Source: a virus
Taxonomy: Duplodnaviria > Caudoviricetes
Length of the DNA stretch: 27,967 nt
IMG/VR virus record: IMGVR_UViG_3300010358_000011
Coordinates: 1-27,967 of that record
Strand: one strand, 5' to 3'
Shown here in pieces: positions 25,894 through 27,967 of the stretch (position 1 is the first letter of the stretch; every line of letters starts with the position of its first letter). The notes beneath the pieces are model-generated. The model had not been told where the DNA came from. It ran no database searches and saw nothing but the letters and a program-made list of their open reading frames with translations. A program made the translations under genes and the position numbers.

Positions 25894-27368
25894 TGTCGGG
25901 CGCGCAGCAACAGCAACAGGTAGCGCAGCCGGCGCAGGGCATGCGCCGCATTCCGATCCCGCTGGAAAGCTACGAGAAGCCGGAGAAGATCATCTCGGCC
26001 AAGCGGCTGCTCAACTTCTACGCCGAGCAGGAACCAGCCGATGCGCGCAGTGCGGCGGCGCTAATCCCGACGCCCGGCCTGGTCCCGACCGGCAATGTGC
26101 TAGGGGCCGGCCCGGTGCTTGCCCTGAACAGTGACATGCCGGGCGCGATCTACGGGATTGCTGGCACGCACGCCTACCGGGTGACCTCCGCCGGTGTCAC
26201 CGATCTGGGCGCGGTCGGCACCGCGGCAGGCTCCGACTTCGCCTATAACCTGATGCCGACGATTGCGGTCGGGGTGAATGCGGCGGTGTTCTGCGTGCCG
26301 CCTAACGCCTTCACCTGTAACCATGTCGCCACCTCGGTCAACCAGATCGGTGGCACGTTTCCAGGTGCCCGCAGCGTGGCCTATCTTGATGGCTACTTCG
26401 TGTTTACCTCGGTCGACCTCACCAGCAACTTCTTCTCCTCGCTGCTGCTCGATCCATTGAGCTACGACGCGCTGGACTTCGCATTCGCCGACGGGGTGCC
26501 AAACGTGCTGCGGCGCGTGGTGACGGTGAAAGGCGAGCTATGGCTGATCGGCGATAAGAGCATTGAGATTTGGTATGACGCCGGGTCGTCCGGGTTGGAG
26601 ACGACGCCGGGGACCTCGTTCTTTCCGTTCCGGCGCCAGTCTGGCGGCGTGATCCAGTTCGGCGCCGTCTCCATGCGCAGCTGCGCAGTGGCCGACAATT
26701 CTCTGTTCTGGGTGTCGGAGCAGTGCATCGTCATGCGCAGCGTGGGCTATACCGCGAAGCGCATCTCGACCCACGCCATCGAGGAGATCATTCGCTCGGA
26801 GGGCACCGCGAATATCCAGTATGCGCTCTGCTACACCCAACTCGGCCACACCTTCTATTGCCTGACCTACGGCGCGCGCACCCTGGTCTATGACCTCGTC
26901 ACCCAGGTCTGGCACGAGCGGTCGAGCGCCGCTGACGGCAGCACGGCGTGGCGACCGAACTCGATTGCCCAGGTCGGCGAGCAGGTCATTTTCGGTGACA
27001 GCCTGTCCGGCAACCTGATAGCGCCCAACCCCTCGGTCGAGACCGACATGGGCGTGTCGCCGAAGCGTATCGCCACCCTGCCGGGGATCTGGGCTAATAC
27101 GCGCCGTGCTTTCATGTCCCGCCTCGAGGTGGAGATGGAGGTGGGCGGCATCACCCCGCCGGGCACCGTGACGCTCGAATGGTCCGACGACGGCGGGTAT
27201 AACTACACCGGCTCACGCACGATGTACGCCGGCACGACGGGCGATTACCGCGGGCGCGTGTTCTGCACCCGACTCGGCAGCTTCCGTCAGCGGGTGTTGC
27301 GCTTCAGCTTTACCCACCGGGCCACCGTGCTGGGCGTCGATGTCGACGTGGTGGGAGGCTCCTGGTAG
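25893..27368 (+). CDS. P22 gp10-like packaged-DNA stabilisation / tail hub protein
   Basis: LIPTPGL, VAYLDGYFVF, DALDFA.A...P, SIEIWY..G....FPF.R, RISTHAIE, GHTFY.LT, YDL.TQ.WHER, L.WSDDGG, RLGSFRQR. Confidence 0.88.
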   Translation: MSGAQQQQQVAQPAQGMRRIPIPLESYEKPEKIISAKRLLNFYAEQEPADARSAAALIPTPGLVPTGNVLGAGPVLALNSDMPGAIYGIAGTHAYRVTSAGVTDLGAVGTAAGSDFAYNLMPTIAVGVNAAVFCVPPNAFTCNHVATSVNQIGGTFPGARSVAYLDGYFVFTSVDLTSNFFSSLLLDPLSYDALDFAFADGVPNVLRRVVTVKGELWLIGDKSIEIWYDAGSSGLETTPGTSFFPFRRQSGGVIQFGAVSMRSCAVADNSLFWVSEQCIVMRSVGYTAKRISTHAIEEIIRSEGTANIQYALCYTQLGHTFYCLTYGARTLVYDLVTQVWHERSSAADGSTAWRPNSIAQVGEQVIFGDSLSGNLIAPNPSVETDMGVSPKRIATLPGIWANTRRAFMSRLEVEMEVGGITPPGTVTLEWSDDGGYNYTGSRTMYAGTTGDYRGRVFCTRLGSFRQRVLRFSFTHRATVLGVDVDVVGGSW

Positions 27369-27902
27369 GTGGCCGTCGACACCAGCGTCGCGCTGCAGGC
27401 GCCGATGAACGAGGCGCACACCTCGAGCACCGGGGCGCCGACCAATGCCTGGGCGAATTACTACCAGAGAATCAACGACTGGCTGTCGAGCGTTTCCAAG
27501 ACGCTGGCGCAGATCCGCAAGGGCGTGACCGATGGCTCGGAAGCCGCGGCGGGCGATATCGGCGAATATATGTCGGCCACCTCCGGCATTGTCTCGTTGG
27601 CCAATACGGTCACGGCCAATCTTGCGACGCTCAACCTCACGGCCGGCGACTGGGATGTGACAGGCGCGGTCACGTTCAGCGCCAGCGCAGGGACGCATCT
27701 CAGCTTCGGTATCGGGATCGGCAGCACGGGCGACGCTGTCACGCAGGCGACGTTTCCGACCACCGCCATCAACCAGGCCATGGTGACGGCGGTGCAGCGC
27801 TACAACGTCACCAGCACGACCGCAGTGTCGCTGCAGGCACAGGCGGCGTTCAGCGGCACAGTGTCGGCGGCCGGCCTGATACGCGCGCGGAGAATGCGAT
27901 AG
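27369..27902 (+). CDS. Tail-associated protein in the gp26 (needle) position
   Basis: N-terminal G.PT.AW..YY helix, then GVTDGS.AAAG.IGEY and L.LTAGDWDV; follows the gp10-like gene. Confidence 0.65.
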   Translation: MAVDTSVALQAPMNEAHTSSTGAPTNAWANYYQRINDWLSSVSKTLAQIRKGVTDGSEAAAGDIGEYMSATSGIVSLANTVTANLATLNLTAGDWDVTGAVTFSASAGTHLSFGIGIGSTGDAVTQATFPTTAINQAMVTAVQRYNVTSTTAVSLQAQAAFSGTVSAAGLIRARRMR

Positions 27903-27967
27903 TGCGACGATTTGTGCAGGTCGCGAACGGCGTCGAGACGCTGCCGCTGCAGCTTGAACTGGCGCGC
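27902..27967 (+). CDS. Partial ORF MRRFVQVANGVETLPLQLELAR; resembles N-termini of phage Asp/Asn beta-hydroxylase-family proteins
   Basis: TAGTG coupling, GGAG upstream. Only 22 codons are visible, so the family call is from recalled similarity only. Confidence 0.4.
   Translation, partial: MRRFVQVANGVETLPLQLELAR

Noticed and set aside
15268-27371. Stop-codon recoding or readthrough at in-frame junctions (15270/15274, 16184/16188, 24324/24325, 27368/27369)
   Set aside because: Both TAA and TAG are involved, and the conserved genes (terL, portal, capsid, gp10-like) are full length in the standard code.
1-27967. Rho-independent terminators, tRNAs, lysis and integration genes
   Set aside because: I found no convincing GC hairpin plus U-tract at gene ends (the T run at 4654 belongs to the iteron array), no tRNA cloverleaf and no such ORFs. 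Lifestyle cannot be determined from this window.

Overview
GC-rich tailed-phage or prophage segment, almost entirely on the + strand. The host is probably an alphaproteobacterium, inferred from the GcrA-like gene and the gene content. The left arm (1-5.4 kb) is a regulation/replication block: GcrA-like HTH, VRR-NUC nuclease, HTH+ParB-like protein, LmbU-like/MT-A70 adenine methyltransferase fusion, RepA/AAA_25 helicase followed by a 13-copy 9-bp iteron-like array, and a NusG/RfaH paralogue. A small reverse-strand two-gene unit with a clear sigma70 promoter and paired operators comes next. The late block is podovirus-like (P22/N4-type): TerS, TerL, a chain of tiny coupled ORFs, portal, scaffold, DUF4043/N4-gp56-type major capsid, head-tail adaptor, three different fibre/spike proteins (SGNH esterase-like, beta-helix, S74-chaperone), a gp10-like tail hub and a truncated ORF at the right edge. 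The most striking non-coding element is three tandem H-type pseudoknot-like units directly upstream of the capsid gene. The last unit competes with a hairpin that sequesters the capsid Shine-Dalgarno sequence, making it a candidate translational switch. I saw no integrase, lysis genes, tRNA, CRISPR array or reverse transcriptase. All family calls come from motif recognition by eye; no database searches were run.
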